Both the position numbers and the translations under genes were made by a program. A DNA stretch of 24,000 bases, from NCBI GenBank assembly GCA_947447265.1, contig CANFKC010000008.1, positions 68,081-92,080 on the forward strand, read 5' to 3'. Below are positions 6,069 to 15,210 of the stretch, piece by piece. This DNA comes from Chitinophagaceae bacterium (GTDB lineage: Bacteria > Bacteroidota > Bacteroidia > Chitinophagales > Chitinophagaceae). Under the pieces are notes generated by a model that saw only the letters and a list, made by a program, of their open reading frames with translations, ran no database searches and was not told the origin of the DNA. Numbering within the stretch: the stretch's first letter is position 1; every line of letters starts with the position of its first letter.

Positions 6069-7139
6069 ATGGCTGAAGTGAATTACATGAAACGTTGCCT
6101 CGAAATTGCGCAGAGAGGAAAGGGCTTTACAGCTCCCAACCCTATGGTTGGGGCAATGTTAGTGTATAACGACAGAATCATTGCCGAAGGCTGGCATCAC
6201 AAATATGGTGAAGCCCATGCCGAAGTGGATTGCCTAAACAATGTTACAGATGGTGACAGGCACCTGATTCCAGATTGTACTATGTATGTGACGCTGGAAC
6301 CATGTGCCCACCAAGGTAAAACACCACCCTGTGCCCACCGGTTAGTGCAGGAAGGCATAAAGCACGTGGTAATAGCTAATGCAGACCCATTTGAGCAGGT
6401 AAATGGCAGAGGGGTACAGATATTAAGGGACGCAGGCGTTAACGTAGAAGAGGGCCTGTGCGATGACGAAGGTAAGTGGGTGAACCGCCGGTTCTTTTGT
6501 TACCACAGGCAACACCGCCCATACATTATATTAAAGTGGGCGCAAAGTTCCGATGGTTACATAGCTCCAGCAGATAGAAGCCGCGCACAACTCACAAATG
6601 ACCACTGTATGCGGTTGGTGCATAAGTGGCGCACGGAAGAAAGTGCGATAATAGTAGGTGCGACTACCGCCATAAATGATAACCCCCAACTCACGGCCCG
6701 CCATTGGGAAGGTAAGCAACCTTTAAGAATAGTGCTGGACAGGCGAATGACACTGCCCACCACGCATGCTATTTTCAATGGCGAAGCAACCAGCTGGATT
6801 GTTAACGAGACCATTGAAAAAACGATGGGTTCCATCCGTTTTGTAAAGGCGCCTTTTGGCGATAGTTTGCTGGAGGCTATCCTGGAAAAGTTATATGAAG
6901 AAAATATTTTATCGCTGATAGTGGAAGGCGGCGCGCAGCTGTTAAACAGTTTTATTCAGGCTGGCCTTTGGGATGAGGCTCGGGTTTTTACCGCAGAAAC
7001 GACACTCGGGCAGGGTATTGCCGGACCGCTGTTGCAGCATGGTAATAAGGCGTTTTCTACCATGTTGGGCAGCGATAGCCTGAATGTGTTTATAAATACG
7101 AATAGCCACTATCCTTACGCAGCTGGCATGCAGCTATAA
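6069..7139 (+). CDS. ribD: Bifunctional riboflavin biosynthesis protein RibD (pyrimidine deaminase / uracil reductase)
   Basis: Zinc deaminase motifs HAEVDCL and TLEPCAHQGKTPPCA are followed by a reductase domain (ILKWAQSSDGYIA...LIVEGGAQLLNSF). The start could instead be the ATG at 6087 (MKRCLE). Confidence 0.92.
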   Translation: MAEVNYMKRCLEIAQRGKGFTAPNPMVGAMLVYNDRIIAEGWHHKYGEAHAEVDCLNNVTDGDRHLIPDCTMYVTLEPCAHQGKTPPCAHRLVQEGIKHVVIANADPFEQVNGRGVQILRDAGVNVEEGLCDDEGKWVNRRFFCYHRQHRPYIILKWAQSSDGYIAPADRSRAQLTNDHCMRLVHKWRTEESAIIVGATTAINDNPQLTARHWEGKQPLRIVLDRRMTLPTTHAIFNGEATSWIVNETIEKTMGSIRFVKAPFGDSLLEAILEKLYEENILSLIVEGGAQLLNSFIQAGLWDEARVFTAETTLGQGIAGPLLQHGNKAFSTMLGSDSLNVFINTNSHYPYAAGMQL

Positions 7140-7175
7140 CCCACACTTCTTTTATTTTTATAGACAACCAGATTC

Positions 7176-8054
7176 ATGTTTTATTTTATAGCCACCATAT
7201 TGTTGAATGTAGTTATCTCGGTACTTTTTAAAGTATTCCCGAGGTTTAAGATCGATACGCTGCAAACAATTGTCATCAATTATTTTGTGTGTGTTGTTAC
7301 AGGTAGTCTGTACATCGGTAGGGTGCCTTTTCATGTAGCGGAACTCAGTCAGCCCTGGTTTCCGTGGGCGGTGCTCATGGGTGCGGGTTTCATTTCTATT
7401 TTTAATCTTATTGCCTACTGTACCAGGGTTGATGGAATCACTACTGCTACCATATCTAATAAGCTCTCTCTGGTAATCCCGGTGCTGTTTGCTATTGTCT
7501 TTTTTCACGAAGGTGCGGGTATCGCTAAGCTGGCCGGAATCGTGCTGGCGTTCCCGGCGGTTTATCTGACAACAAGGGTTAAAGAAGACGACGGGAAAAT
7601 ACCTAATCTGCTTTGGCCTGTGCTTTTGTTTGTCGGTAGCGGTTTGCTAGATACCATTGTCAATTATGTGCAGCATAGCTATCTGGCCTCGTCAGATGTT
7701 CAGGCGACCTACACCGTATTTGTATTTGGCGTGGCGGCCTGTATTGGCCTGGTCCTGATAACGGTATTGACATTGATGAAGAAGATTAAGCTGGAGCCAA
7801 GGAACATTGTGGCCGGAATTGCAATCGGCGTGCCGAATTACTTTTCAATTTACTTCCTAATCCGTGCGCTCAATAGTAATGTAATGCAGAGTTCTGCAAC
7901 CATTCCTGTTATCAATATCGGGGTATTGGTGGCGTCTTCATTGGCCGCAATAATTTTCTTTAAGGAAAAAGTGAATGCACAAAGGCTGGTAGGGCTGCTG
8001 CTTGCAGTAGTAGCAATTTATTTAATCGCGTTTCAACCGGGTATGGCAAAGTAA
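7176..8054 (+). CDS. DMT/EamA-like integral membrane transporter
   Basis: 292 aa with about 10 hydrophobic helices in two similar halves. The stop overlaps the next start as TAATG. Confidence 0.7.
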   Translation: MFYFIATILLNVVISVLFKVFPRFKIDTLQTIVINYFVCVVTGSLYIGRVPFHVAELSQPWFPWAVLMGAGFISIFNLIAYCTRVDGITTATISNKLSLVIPVLFAIVFFHEGAGIAKLAGIVLAFPAVYLTTRVKEDDGKIPNLLWPVLLFVGSGLLDTIVNYVQHSYLASSDVQATYTVFVFGVAACIGLVLITVLTLMKKIKLEPRNIVAGIAIGVPNYFSIYFLIRALNSNVMQSSATIPVINIGVLVASSLAAIIFFKEKVNAQRLVGLLLAVVAIYLIAFQPGMAK

Positions 8055-8662
8055 TGGCAACACCTCATAAATATAAAACACTGGGCGGTACCGGCATCGG
8101 CGATTTTCGCGACAGAGGCAGTAAGTTTCTGGCCTATGCATACCCGATACAAACAGTGCAGGATGTAAAGGACAAATTACAGGCGCTGAAAAAAGAACAC
8201 CCCAAGGCTGTACACCATTGTTTTGCATGGCGCATCGGTAATGACGGTATGCAGTTCCGTGCCAGTGATGATGGTGAGCCCTCCGGTAGTGCCGGCAAGC
8301 CGATCCTGGGCCAGATTGATAGCCTGGAATTGACCAATACATTGGTTGTGGTAGTCCGTTATTTTGGTGGTAGCCTGCTGGGTGTACCCGGCCTTATTAA
8401 CGCTTACAAAACTGCCACGCTGCAGTCGCTGGAAAATATACCGAAGATAGAAAAGTGGGTAGAGGCTTTGTATGAATTCTCGTTCGATTATCCTGCTATG
8501 GGCGAAGTACTTTATATCTTGAAACAAAATGAGTCTACCATTTACAAGCAGGACCTGCAGCTTTTCTGCATTGTAAATGCGGGCATACCCGTGCATCTTG
8601 CTGAGGCATGTGTTGCAAAATTGACCGAGATACGTGGCCTGACCCATAAGCCCATATCTTAA
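8054..8662 (+). CDS. yigZ: YigZ / IMPACT-family (UPF0029) protein
   Basis: Carries RGSKFLAYAYP...HHCFAWRIG...FRASDDGEPSGSAGKPIL...VVVVRYFGG..LG. Confidence 0.85.
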   Translation: MATPHKYKTLGGTGIGDFRDRGSKFLAYAYPIQTVQDVKDKLQALKKEHPKAVHHCFAWRIGNDGMQFRASDDGEPSGSAGKPILGQIDSLELTNTLVVVVRYFGGSLLGVPGLINAYKTATLQSLENIPKIEKWVEALYEFSFDYPAMGEVLYILKQNESTIYKQDLQLFCIVNAGIPVHLAEACVAKLTEIRGLTHKPIS

Positions 8663-8679
8663 CAGCAGTTTATTTTGGG

Positions 8680-8765
8680 AAGCCCTGAAAGGGCGTAATT
8701 TAAAAGCGATGGGTGAAGCCCATCGAAAGAAAACAATGCAAACTAAAGCCCTGTAAGGGCGTAAT
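8680..8765. repeat. Hairpin repeat cluster: two direct AAGCCCTG(A/T)AAGGGCGTAAT units flanking a CGATGGGtgaagCCCATCG hairpin
   Basis: 20-mers at 8680-8699 and 8746-8765 differ at one base, and each contains a GCCCT/AGGGC stem. A 7-bp-stem hairpin lies at 8707-8725. The core is the same CCCTGAAAGGG as in units at 15367-15428. Confidence 0.8.
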
Positions 8766-8800
8766 ATGTTCTGGGCTCAATACTTTTTAATAGAATAACC

Positions 8801-9742
8801 ATGTTATCAACAGCCTTACATAACGCTAGTTTTATTAAAGCCGAAGCCGCCAGGCTCGGGTTTAACAGCTGTGGCATTGCAAAGGCTGTTCAGTTAGATG
8901 ATGATGCCCTGCGGTTGGAACAATGGCTCAACAAAGGTCACCAGGCAGGTATGGGTTATATGGAGCGCAACTTCGATCTGCGGATAGACCCTCGTAAACT
9001 GGTGCCTGGCGCTAAGTCTGTAATAACGCTGACACTCAATTATTTTCCCGCGGAAAGGCAGACATTGGATGCGCCCAAAATAGCAAAGTACGCTTGGGGC
9101 ACTGATTATCATTTTGTGATAAGGGACAAACTAAATGAACTGCTAGATTCTATACGCCGAAATATTGGTGATGTAGATGGGCGTGGTTTTGTAGACAGCG
9201 CCCCAGTGCTGGAACGCAGCTGGGCTATGCGCAGCGGCCTCGGCTGGATAGGCAAGAATGGCAATCTGCTCACAAAACATTCTGGTTCCTTCTTCTTTAT
9301 CGCTACGCTTATAACTGATCTCGACCTCGCAGTAGATGCGGCCTTTACGACCAACCATTGCGGCACCTGCACACGTTGCATAGATGCATGCCCTACCGAC
9401 GCAATAGTATCACCAACAGAAATAGATGCCAACAAGTGCATTTCTTACCTTACGATAGAGTTGAAGGATGCACTTATACCAGACGAGTTTCATAACAAAA
9501 TGGAAGGCTGGATGTTTGGCTGCGACATTTGCCAGGACGTATGCCCCTGGAACCGTTTCTCAAAACCCACTACCGAACTGAAATTTACACCCATCCCGCA
9601 AATACTCAACCTCTCCCTGAAACAATGGGAGGAAATAGAAGAAGAGACGTTCAATAAAGCCTTCAAAAATTCTCCCCTAAAGCGCGCTAAGCTAAAAGGT
9701 ATATTAAGGAATGTGGAAGCGGTAAAGGGCAATGGATCTTAG
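8801..9742 (+). CDS. queG: tRNA epoxyqueuosine(34) reductase QueG
   Basis: Ferredoxin-type clusters CGTCTRCIDACPTDAI and CDICQDVCPWNRF, plus a C-terminal HEAT-like tail. Length and overall sequence fit QueG. Confidence 0.9.
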   Translation: MLSTALHNASFIKAEAARLGFNSCGIAKAVQLDDDALRLEQWLNKGHQAGMGYMERNFDLRIDPRKLVPGAKSVITLTLNYFPAERQTLDAPKIAKYAWGTDYHFVIRDKLNELLDSIRRNIGDVDGRGFVDSAPVLERSWAMRSGLGWIGKNGNLLTKHSGSFFFIATLITDLDLAVDAAFTTNHCGTCTRCIDACPTDAIVSPTEIDANKCISYLTIELKDALIPDEFHNKMEGWMFGCDICQDVCPWNRFSKPTTELKFTPIPQILNLSLKQWEEIEEETFNKAFKNSPLKRAKLKGILRNVEAVKGNGS

Positions 9743-9754
9743 CTCCGTATTTTA

Positions 9755-10216
9755 TTATTCAGGTAATGAGAAAATATACCGCTCATCATACTCAACTCCA
9801 AAATCTGAAAGCATCTTCTTATACTCATCCAAAAATGTTGTGTGTTTATGGTGATCTTGTTGGTTCGCAATATATTGCGCCACATTACTTACCTGAGACT
9901 TTGAGTGACTGAAAGCTCCATATCCTTCCTGCCAGCCAAATTTATTTGTTACCAATCCATTCTTATTAATCCACTCAGACGAATCTCCTTTTACTAATCG
10001 TAAAAGATCAGAAATGGACTGCTTTGGATTTAGTCCAATAAAAAAATGAAGGTGGTCAGCCACATTATTTATCGCAAGCATTTTATGCCCGTTATTTTGT
10101 ACCGTCGCAGTTATATACAATCTTAAACGTTCATCCCACGTAGTGTTCAGCAACGCAGCGCGATATTTTACGGCAAAAACACAGTGCATATATAGTTGCG
10201 TGTAGGTGTTGGGCAT
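9755..10216 (-). mobile_element. IS200-like Y1 (HUH) transposase of the REP-associated (RAYT) type, with no tnpB partner
   Basis: HUH motif in ADHLHFFIG and a catalytic-Tyr helix VAQYIANQQDHH; about 154 aa from the ATG at 10216. The track's GTG start at 10288 lies inside a REP hairpin and was not used. A REP cluster sits immediately upstream. Confidence 0.85.
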
Positions 10217-10284
10217 AAAGTGTTTTTTCGAAAAATACAGCTTAGCTCTGAATTTTTGATAGATGCAGCCACTTATTTCATATT

Positions 10285-10469
10285 GCACCGTTAGGTGCTA
10301 CCGCTCTGTAGAAAACCGCAATAATTGGGACCTTGCTCCGTTAGGAGCTACCCGATAGCCAGACTATCTTGGTACATGATTGTTATTTCCATCACCAATT
10401 GGGTAGCACCTACGGCGCATAGAAGGCATTGGCATTCTATGCTACAGAGCGGTAGCTCCTAACGGAGCA
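10285..10469. repeat. Nested cluster of four REP-like hairpins (two forward, two reverse), REPIN-like
   Basis: REP1 is GCACCgttaGGTGCTACCGCTCTGTAG (10285-10311, +). REP2 is GCTCCgttaGGAGCTACCCGATAG (10335-10358, +). REP3 is GGGTAGCACCTACGGCGC (10401-10418, reverse orientation, degenerate). REP4 is CTACAGAGCGGTAGCTCCTAACGGAGC (10443-10469, reverse orientation), which combines a REP2-type hairpin with a REP1-type tail. An extra hairpin GCATAGAA/TTCTATGC lies at 10416-10442. Confidence 0.85.
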
Positions 10470-10543
10470 ATACATTGCTATGCGAAGTATGACGGTAATA
10501 AAATGTGCCCTGATTTGATACAATTGCAATAACCCCCCAAACC

Positions 10544-11215
10544 CTACATATTTTTCCCCTGCAACATCGGCACGAATGAAGCAGCGCCCAGTTCTTGGGT
10601 GTGTAATGTTCCATCTTTATCCTTGGTGATGCGCAGCATCTTCTGGCCGTTTTCGTCGCCTACGGGCACTACGAATATGCCGCCGGGCTTCAGTTGTTCT
10701 ATCAACTTAGGTGGTACGTATGGCGCTGCTGCGGTAACTATTATTTTATCAAAAGGGCCGTAGGTGGGCAGGCCCTCATATCCATCTCCGTAAAACCGCT
10801 TGATGTTGAAATATTTCTTCAGGAAAAAGAACTTGCCTACGTAATCATACAGTTCTTTCTGTCGTTCAATGGTATATAGCGAAATGCCCATTTCGGCAAG
10901 TACACATGCCTGGTAGGCGCTGCCGGTGCCGATTTCCAACACCTTGTCAAACTTCTTTAGCTCCAGCAACTCTGTTTGCAGGGCTACAGTATAAGGTTGT
11001 GATATGGTTTGGTCTGCTAAAATAGGGAACGCCTTGTCTTCATAAGCGTGACGTTCAAATGCCGGGTCCAGGAAAAAGTGCCGGGGAATATTGCCAATAG
11101 CTGTTAGTACACGCTCGTCTTTTATCTTTTTATCACGAAGCAATTGCACCAGTTGATTTCTCATTCCCTTGTGTAAATAGGTATCTTCTTTAGGCTTGCT
11201 ATGCAACATACTCAT
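10544..11215 (-). CDS. pcm: Protein-L-isoaspartate O-methyltransferase
   Basis: QTISQPYTVALQTELL...VLEIGTGSAYQACVLAEMG...VTAAAP..P..L..QLKPGG..V.PVG matches Pcm signatures. Confidence 0.9.
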   Translation of the reverse strand: MSMLHSKPKEDTYLHKGMRNQLVQLLRDKKIKDERVLTAIGNIPRHFFLDPAFERHAYEDKAFPILADQTISQPYTVALQTELLELKKFDKVLEIGTGSAYQACVLAEMGISLYTIERQKELYDYVGKFFFLKKYFNIKRFYGDGYEGLPTYGPFDKIIVTAAAPYVPPKLIEQLKPGGIFVVPVGDENGQKMLRITKDKDGTLHTQELGAASFVPMLQGKNM

Positions 11216-11310
11216 ACTGCAAATGTAATTAAACGATTGCAGTAGTAGAAGAGTAAAAAAGCGTGTTTAAGGGCTTTATTCTGTTAATGCAGGTGCATAA
11301 AGCACTATTA

Positions 11311-12009
11311 TCAAAATACTTTCATCAGTTCACCTAGGTCGCACACTTCATAAGTGGGTTTCCTCGCATGGGGCTGATTGTATTGGTTAAAATAAACCGT
11401 ATCCCAACCTGCATTTATGGCTCCCAATATATCAATATCTACAGCATCACCTATCATAATACTGTCTTCAATATTGGCATTTGCAGCAACAAGGGCATAG
11501 TCAAAAATTTCCCGGTGCGGCTTCATGCTGTTGCTTTTCTCTGATGTTATGAGGTGTGTAAAATACCGGGAGATACCGGAATATTGCAGCTTCAGGCGTT
11601 GGGTGGTTTCGAACCCGTTCGTAATAAGGTGCATTTCGTAGCGACCTTTGCAATGGTCCAGCAATTCCTTGGCATTAGGTAGCAACAACGTTTGTGTGGG
11701 TAGTATTTCCAGGTAGGCTACACCGAGTTCATGGGCAAGGGCTGTGTCTGCAACTTTAAAATCAAGCAACATCAGCCACATACGCTTCCAGCGCAGTTCA
11801 TCGCGCTTAATATAGCCGTTGCGGTAGCGGTCCCATAGCTTGTCGTTATGGATGTTGTATGATTTGTAGAGGGCATCAAAATCAGTTATTCCCCTGCTCG
11901 CGAGGTCATATTCTTTATACAATTGCTTCAGGGTAGCTTCTGAGTTTTTTTCAAAATCCCAAAGCGTGTGGTCAAGGTCGAAGAACAGGTGTTTATATGA
12001 TTTAGCCAC
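11311..12009 (-). CDS. HAD-IA hydrolase, YjjG-like noncanonical pyrimidine nucleotidase
   Basis: HAD motif I FFDLDHTLWDF, motif II LITNG, and motif III/IV K...GD.VD.DI.GA.NAG. Confidence 0.8.
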   Translation of the reverse strand: MAKSYKHLFFDLDHTLWDFEKNSEATLKQLYKEYDLASRGITDFDALYKSYNIHNDKLWDRYRNGYIKRDELRWKRMWLMLLDFKVADTALAHELGVAYLEILPTQTLLLPNAKELLDHCKGRYEMHLITNGFETTQRLKLQYSGISRYFTHLITSEKSNSMKPHREIFDYALVAANANIEDSIMIGDAVDIDILGAINAGWDTVYFNQYNQPHARKPTYEVCDLGELMKVF

Positions 12010-12079
12010 TTGCTGATTTTTTGGAAAGGATATGGTGAAAGGATGTTGCGCAGGGTTACAAGCTCACTTGCTGCAAATA

Positions 12080-12112
12080 AATAAGCTATTCCTTGTTCAG
12101 GAATAGCTTATT
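12080..12112 (-). terminator. Strong stem-loop downstream of rpoZ, a likely transcription terminator
   Basis: Perfect 13-bp stem AATAAGCTATTCC / GGAATAGCTTATT with a 7-nt loop, 20 nt past the rpoZ stop. On the minus strand it is followed by TATTTG, so the U-tract is weak. Confidence 0.6.
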
Positions 12113-12131
12113 GAATAGGTTTTAGACGTAA

Positions 12132-12452
12132 TTATTTCTTACGATAGTAAATTCTGTCGTCGTTAAATTCGGTAAGTGCCTGTAATGGCGCGTTAGCCAT
12201 ACGCTCATAAATACGAGAGATCTCGATTTGCTCTTTATTTTCATGAACTTCTTCAAGATTATCGGCATGAACTGAAAACTCATCCAGTTTGCGGTGCAAT
12301 TCTTCCTTCATGTTTACAGATATCTGTGCAGCACGACGACCAATTACGGCAATAGATTCGTACAGGTTACCTGTTTTATTTTTAAGAGCAATTACATCGC
12401 GGGTTTCCACCAACGGATTAACTGAAGAGAGGGATTTCTTATTTGTGCTCAT
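12132..12452 (-). CDS. rpoZ: DNA-directed RNA polymerase subunit omega (Bacteroidota type)
   Basis: 106 aa. NLYESIAVIGRRAAQI resembles the omega core helix. The position immediately downstream of and overlapping bamD is the usual Bacteroidota synteny as I recall it. Confidence 0.65.
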   Translation of the reverse strand: MSTNKKSLSSVNPLVETRDVIALKNKTGNLYESIAVIGRRAAQISVNMKEELHRKLDEFSVHADNLEEVHENKEQIEISRIYERMANAPLQALTEFNDDRIYYRKK

Positions 12453-13266
12453 TGCGTATTTTTTTAACGTTATTTGAAGCTTCTGTATTTAATTTATCTG
12501 CGTCCGCAAGATACTTAGATTGCGGGTAATTATCTTTTAATTCTCTGAAGGCGTTTATTGCATTAGCATAGCGCTCTTCCTGTTTCGATTCTATGCTTGC
12601 TTTTGCATACTTAAACCAGGCTTTCATTTGCATGAACTGGTAGAGGTCATTGTTTGGAGATTCTGGGTAGTCACGCAAAACACTTTTGTAAGCAACCGTG
12701 GCCGCTTTGAACTGGCCGATATTGAAATACAGCTTGGCTGCATCAGCTTCTTTCTGTTCCAGTTTTTTGTGTGAAGCATCAATATAGCCATTCGCTTCTA
12801 CTAATCTGGTCGATTTTGGGTAGCGGCTAACGTATGATTGCAGTGCTTCCAGTGCTTTTAACGAATTGGTTTGGTCGAGCGTATATTTTGGTGCGTATTT
12901 GAAAAGGCAAACGGCACTCATAAATTCACATTCTTCGGCATCTTTACTGGTAGGGAAGTATTCCGTAAAGTTCTTGAAGTGATAAGATGCTTCAATGTAG
13001 TCTTTCAGATAGTAAAATGTATAGGAATATTTGTAGTAAAGCGCCTCGAAGTTACGGGTGCTCTTCATAATAGGCAACAGGTCTTTATACAGCTCATTAG
13101 CATGTGCATACTCCTTCTTATCGAAGAATTCATTTGCCTTCGTAAGCTTAAAGTTAACATCGCTGCTTTTCTTTATCTTTTCGAAATGCCCGCATGAAAC
13201 AAGCAGGGTGCAACACAATAACAGATACAATAAATTCTTAAGCCGTTGGTGCATAAAGGGAAGCAA
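12439..13266 (-). CDS. bamD: Outer membrane protein assembly factor BamD (TPR lipoprotein)
   Basis: Lipobox LLVSC followed by TPR-like repeats (ANELYKDLLP..., AAKLYFNIGQFKAATVAYKSVLRDYP...). A minus-strand TATCTTTG box at 13264-13271 overlaps the first ATG, so the true start may be the ATG at 13254. Confidence 0.85.
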   Translation of the reverse strand: MLPFMHQRLKNLLYLLLCCTLLVSCGHFEKIKKSSDVNFKLTKANEFFDKKEYAHANELYKDLLPIMKSTRNFEALYYKYSYTFYYLKDYIEASYHFKNFTEYFPTSKDAEECEFMSAVCLFKYAPKYTLDQTNSLKALEALQSYVSRYPKSTRLVEANGYIDASHKKLEQKEADAAKLYFNIGQFKAATVAYKSVLRDYPESPNNDLYQFMQMKAWFKYAKASIESKQEERYANAINAFRELKDNYPQSKYLADADKLNTEASNNVKKIRNEHK

Positions 13267-13374
13267 AGATATTGAAAAAAATCGATTCCTGCGCAGCCAT
13301 ATCGCAAAAGTGTGTTAAAACAGCCGCCTGAAATGCATTAAAACAGGACAATTATTAACGTTTCCGGCATACCA

Positions 13375-14004
13375 CTATGGGGTAATGGAGTAACCGCAAA
13401 ATTTATAGCCCTTGCTGGTTTCCGTAAAGGTGAATATTTTACTCAGGCCAACCTTGCCGCTGCGGTCAATAATGTGTACCTCGAAAAATTTGGGATTCGA
13501 TGAAATAGGGTGGTCTGAAATGCAGAATTTGTTGAATGTTTTCCGGTTGGCTTCTCCACTTTGGAAAGAAAGATTGCTTTTATCTGACAGCTTAGCTTTT
13601 ACTGCTGCAGGGAAAATATCATTAAAATCTTCTGTCAAGAATTTATCGGCAGGGAGGTATTGCAATTCGTTATTTACTTTCAGCGTCCATAGGTCGCCAT
13701 TTTTTTTCATGGAATCGACATAGTTCTGGTTGTCTTTGTCCGAATTGAAGAGGCAATAGTTACAGTATACGCAGCCGGTTGACATTGCCTTTAGCTCTTT
13801 TATATTGTTGGTTTTTACAGCCTGGGCGAAGGCGTTCCATGCCTTCAGCATTTTTTCATCGGCCACAAATTTATTGCCGGTAGCCGCTTTTACGCTGTCT
13901 TTCGGGTAGGGTGTTGCATTGGCCTGCTGATTAAAAACGGTGTTCAGCGTAATTACTGAAAGCAAAATTGCTGCAAAGCGGAATATATGGGGATGCAATG
14001 ACAT
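13375..14004 (-). CDS. Secreted hypothetical protein (209 aa) with a CxxCxxC motif
   Basis: Signal peptide AAILLSVITLNTVFNQQANA and coding-like composition. Contains CVYCNYC. I recognise no family. Confidence 0.6.
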   Translation of the reverse strand: MSLHPHIFRFAAILLSVITLNTVFNQQANATPYPKDSVKAATGNKFVADEKMLKAWNAFAQAVKTNNIKELKAMSTGCVYCNYCLFNSDKDNQNYVDSMKKNGDLWTLKVNNELQYLPADKFLTEDFNDIFPAAVKAKLSDKSNLSFQSGEANRKTFNKFCISDHPISSNPKFFEVHIIDRSGKVGLSKIFTFTETSKGYKFCGYSITP

Positions 14005-14079
14005 GGGAGCTTATTTAGTGCTGCCCTTTTTCGGGTGCAGGGCATAAAGATAGTCTGATTTCCTAATTTGTTGTAGCGG

Positions 14080-15210
14080 CTAAACCGGAATCTCTTTTTT
14101 CTGAATGAGGTATTGCATTTTAATTGCCAGCGCGTGCAGCTGAGTTTTAGAATGCGCATTTCGCTCAATGAAGAAGATGGTATCGTTCAGTACATCTATA
14201 AGTCCGGTAATAATTTCAAACGATACCATGCCAGACAGTGTGCGTACAAACTTACTTTCAGCCTCCGGTAATGCAAGTGGCGCATCTGGAGTAAAATGTG
14301 CCCTGATGGTTTGTTCCAGCAACTGGATGATATAGTGCAACAGGTTCTTTTGTTGTTCACGGCCGGCCTTAGACCACTCATCGGAAAATTTTACAATGCC
14401 AAGCCCGTTATTCATGAAGATGCAATTGAACAGATCTTTTACCGCCGGGAAAAGGTCATTTTCTGCTTCACGCAACAGGCGCAAGGCTTCAGAATAACTG
14501 CCTTGGGCAATGTGGGCTACCTGTGCGGCCCTGGCAGGGTCGGTTTCAGATCGGTACACCAGCATTTCCGCAATATCGCGGGGGTGGATCGGTGCTAGCT
14601 TTACGGTTTGTGTACGCGACTTTATGGTAGGCAAAATGTCATCCATATCCTCGGCAATAAAAATCATTACCGTATCATGTGGTGGCTCTTCTATCATTTT
14701 TAGCAAGATGTTGCCTTCCTTACCCAGGTATTCAGGTCGCCACATCAGCAGGGCTTTTTTCCCACCTTCGTACGATTTGAGGTTAAGGGTCTCAATAATT
14801 TCGCGGCACTCTTCAGCGGTAATATTTCCCTGTTTATTTTCAGCGTTAATATGCTGCAGCCATTCAAAGGTAGAACCATACGGAGTCTGGTGAATGAACT
14901 CTCTGAATTCGTTGATATAGATCCGGCTCATCCCCTTAGTGCCGGGTTTCGGTGGAATAGTTGGGAAACTTGCATGCACATCGGCATGTTCCAGCCGGGA
15001 AACTTTATGGCAATTCGGACATTCCCCGCAGGAGTCATTTTCCCGCTTGTTCTCACAAAAAATAAACTGTACAAGTGCCAGGCCCATTGCAAGGCCACCA
15101 GTGCCATCGGCACCTGCAAGCATCAAAGCATGCGGCAAAACATTGTTATGCCACATTTTTAATAAACCCTCCTTCGCAGCCTGCTGGCCAACTACATCTT
15201 TAAATTGCAT
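14080..15210 (-). CDS. holB: DNA polymerase III subunit delta-prime (clamp-loader AAA+ protein)
   Basis: F.DVVGQ....L......LPHALML.G..G.G, a zinc module CGECPNCHKV, and SRTQ (sensor 1/SRC-like); 376 aa. Confidence 0.85.
   Translation of the reverse strand: MQFKDVVGQQAAKEGLLKMWHNNVLPHALMLAGADGTGGLAMGLALVQFIFCENKRENDSCGECPNCHKVSRLEHADVHASFPTIPPKPGTKGMSRIYINEFREFIHQTPYGSTFEWLQHINAENKQGNITAEECREIIETLNLKSYEGGKKALLMWRPEYLGKEGNILLKMIEEPPHDTVMIFIAEDMDDILPTIKSRTQTVKLAPIHPRDIAEMLVYRSETDPARAAQVAHIAQGSYSEALRLLREAENDLFPAVKDLFNCIFMNNGLGIVKFSDEWSKAGREQQKNLLHYIIQLLEQTIRAHFTPDAPLALPEAESKFVRTLSGMVSFEIITGLIDVLNDTIFFIERNAHSKTQLHALAIKMQYLIQKKEIPV

Noticed and set aside
9755-10288. A complete IS200/IS605 insertion sequence (tnpA plus tnpB and omega-RNA)
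   Set aside because: No tnpB ORF and no subterminal IS hairpin ends are present. The flanking structures are multi-copy REP-type hairpins on one side only, which fits a domesticated RAYT better than an active IS.
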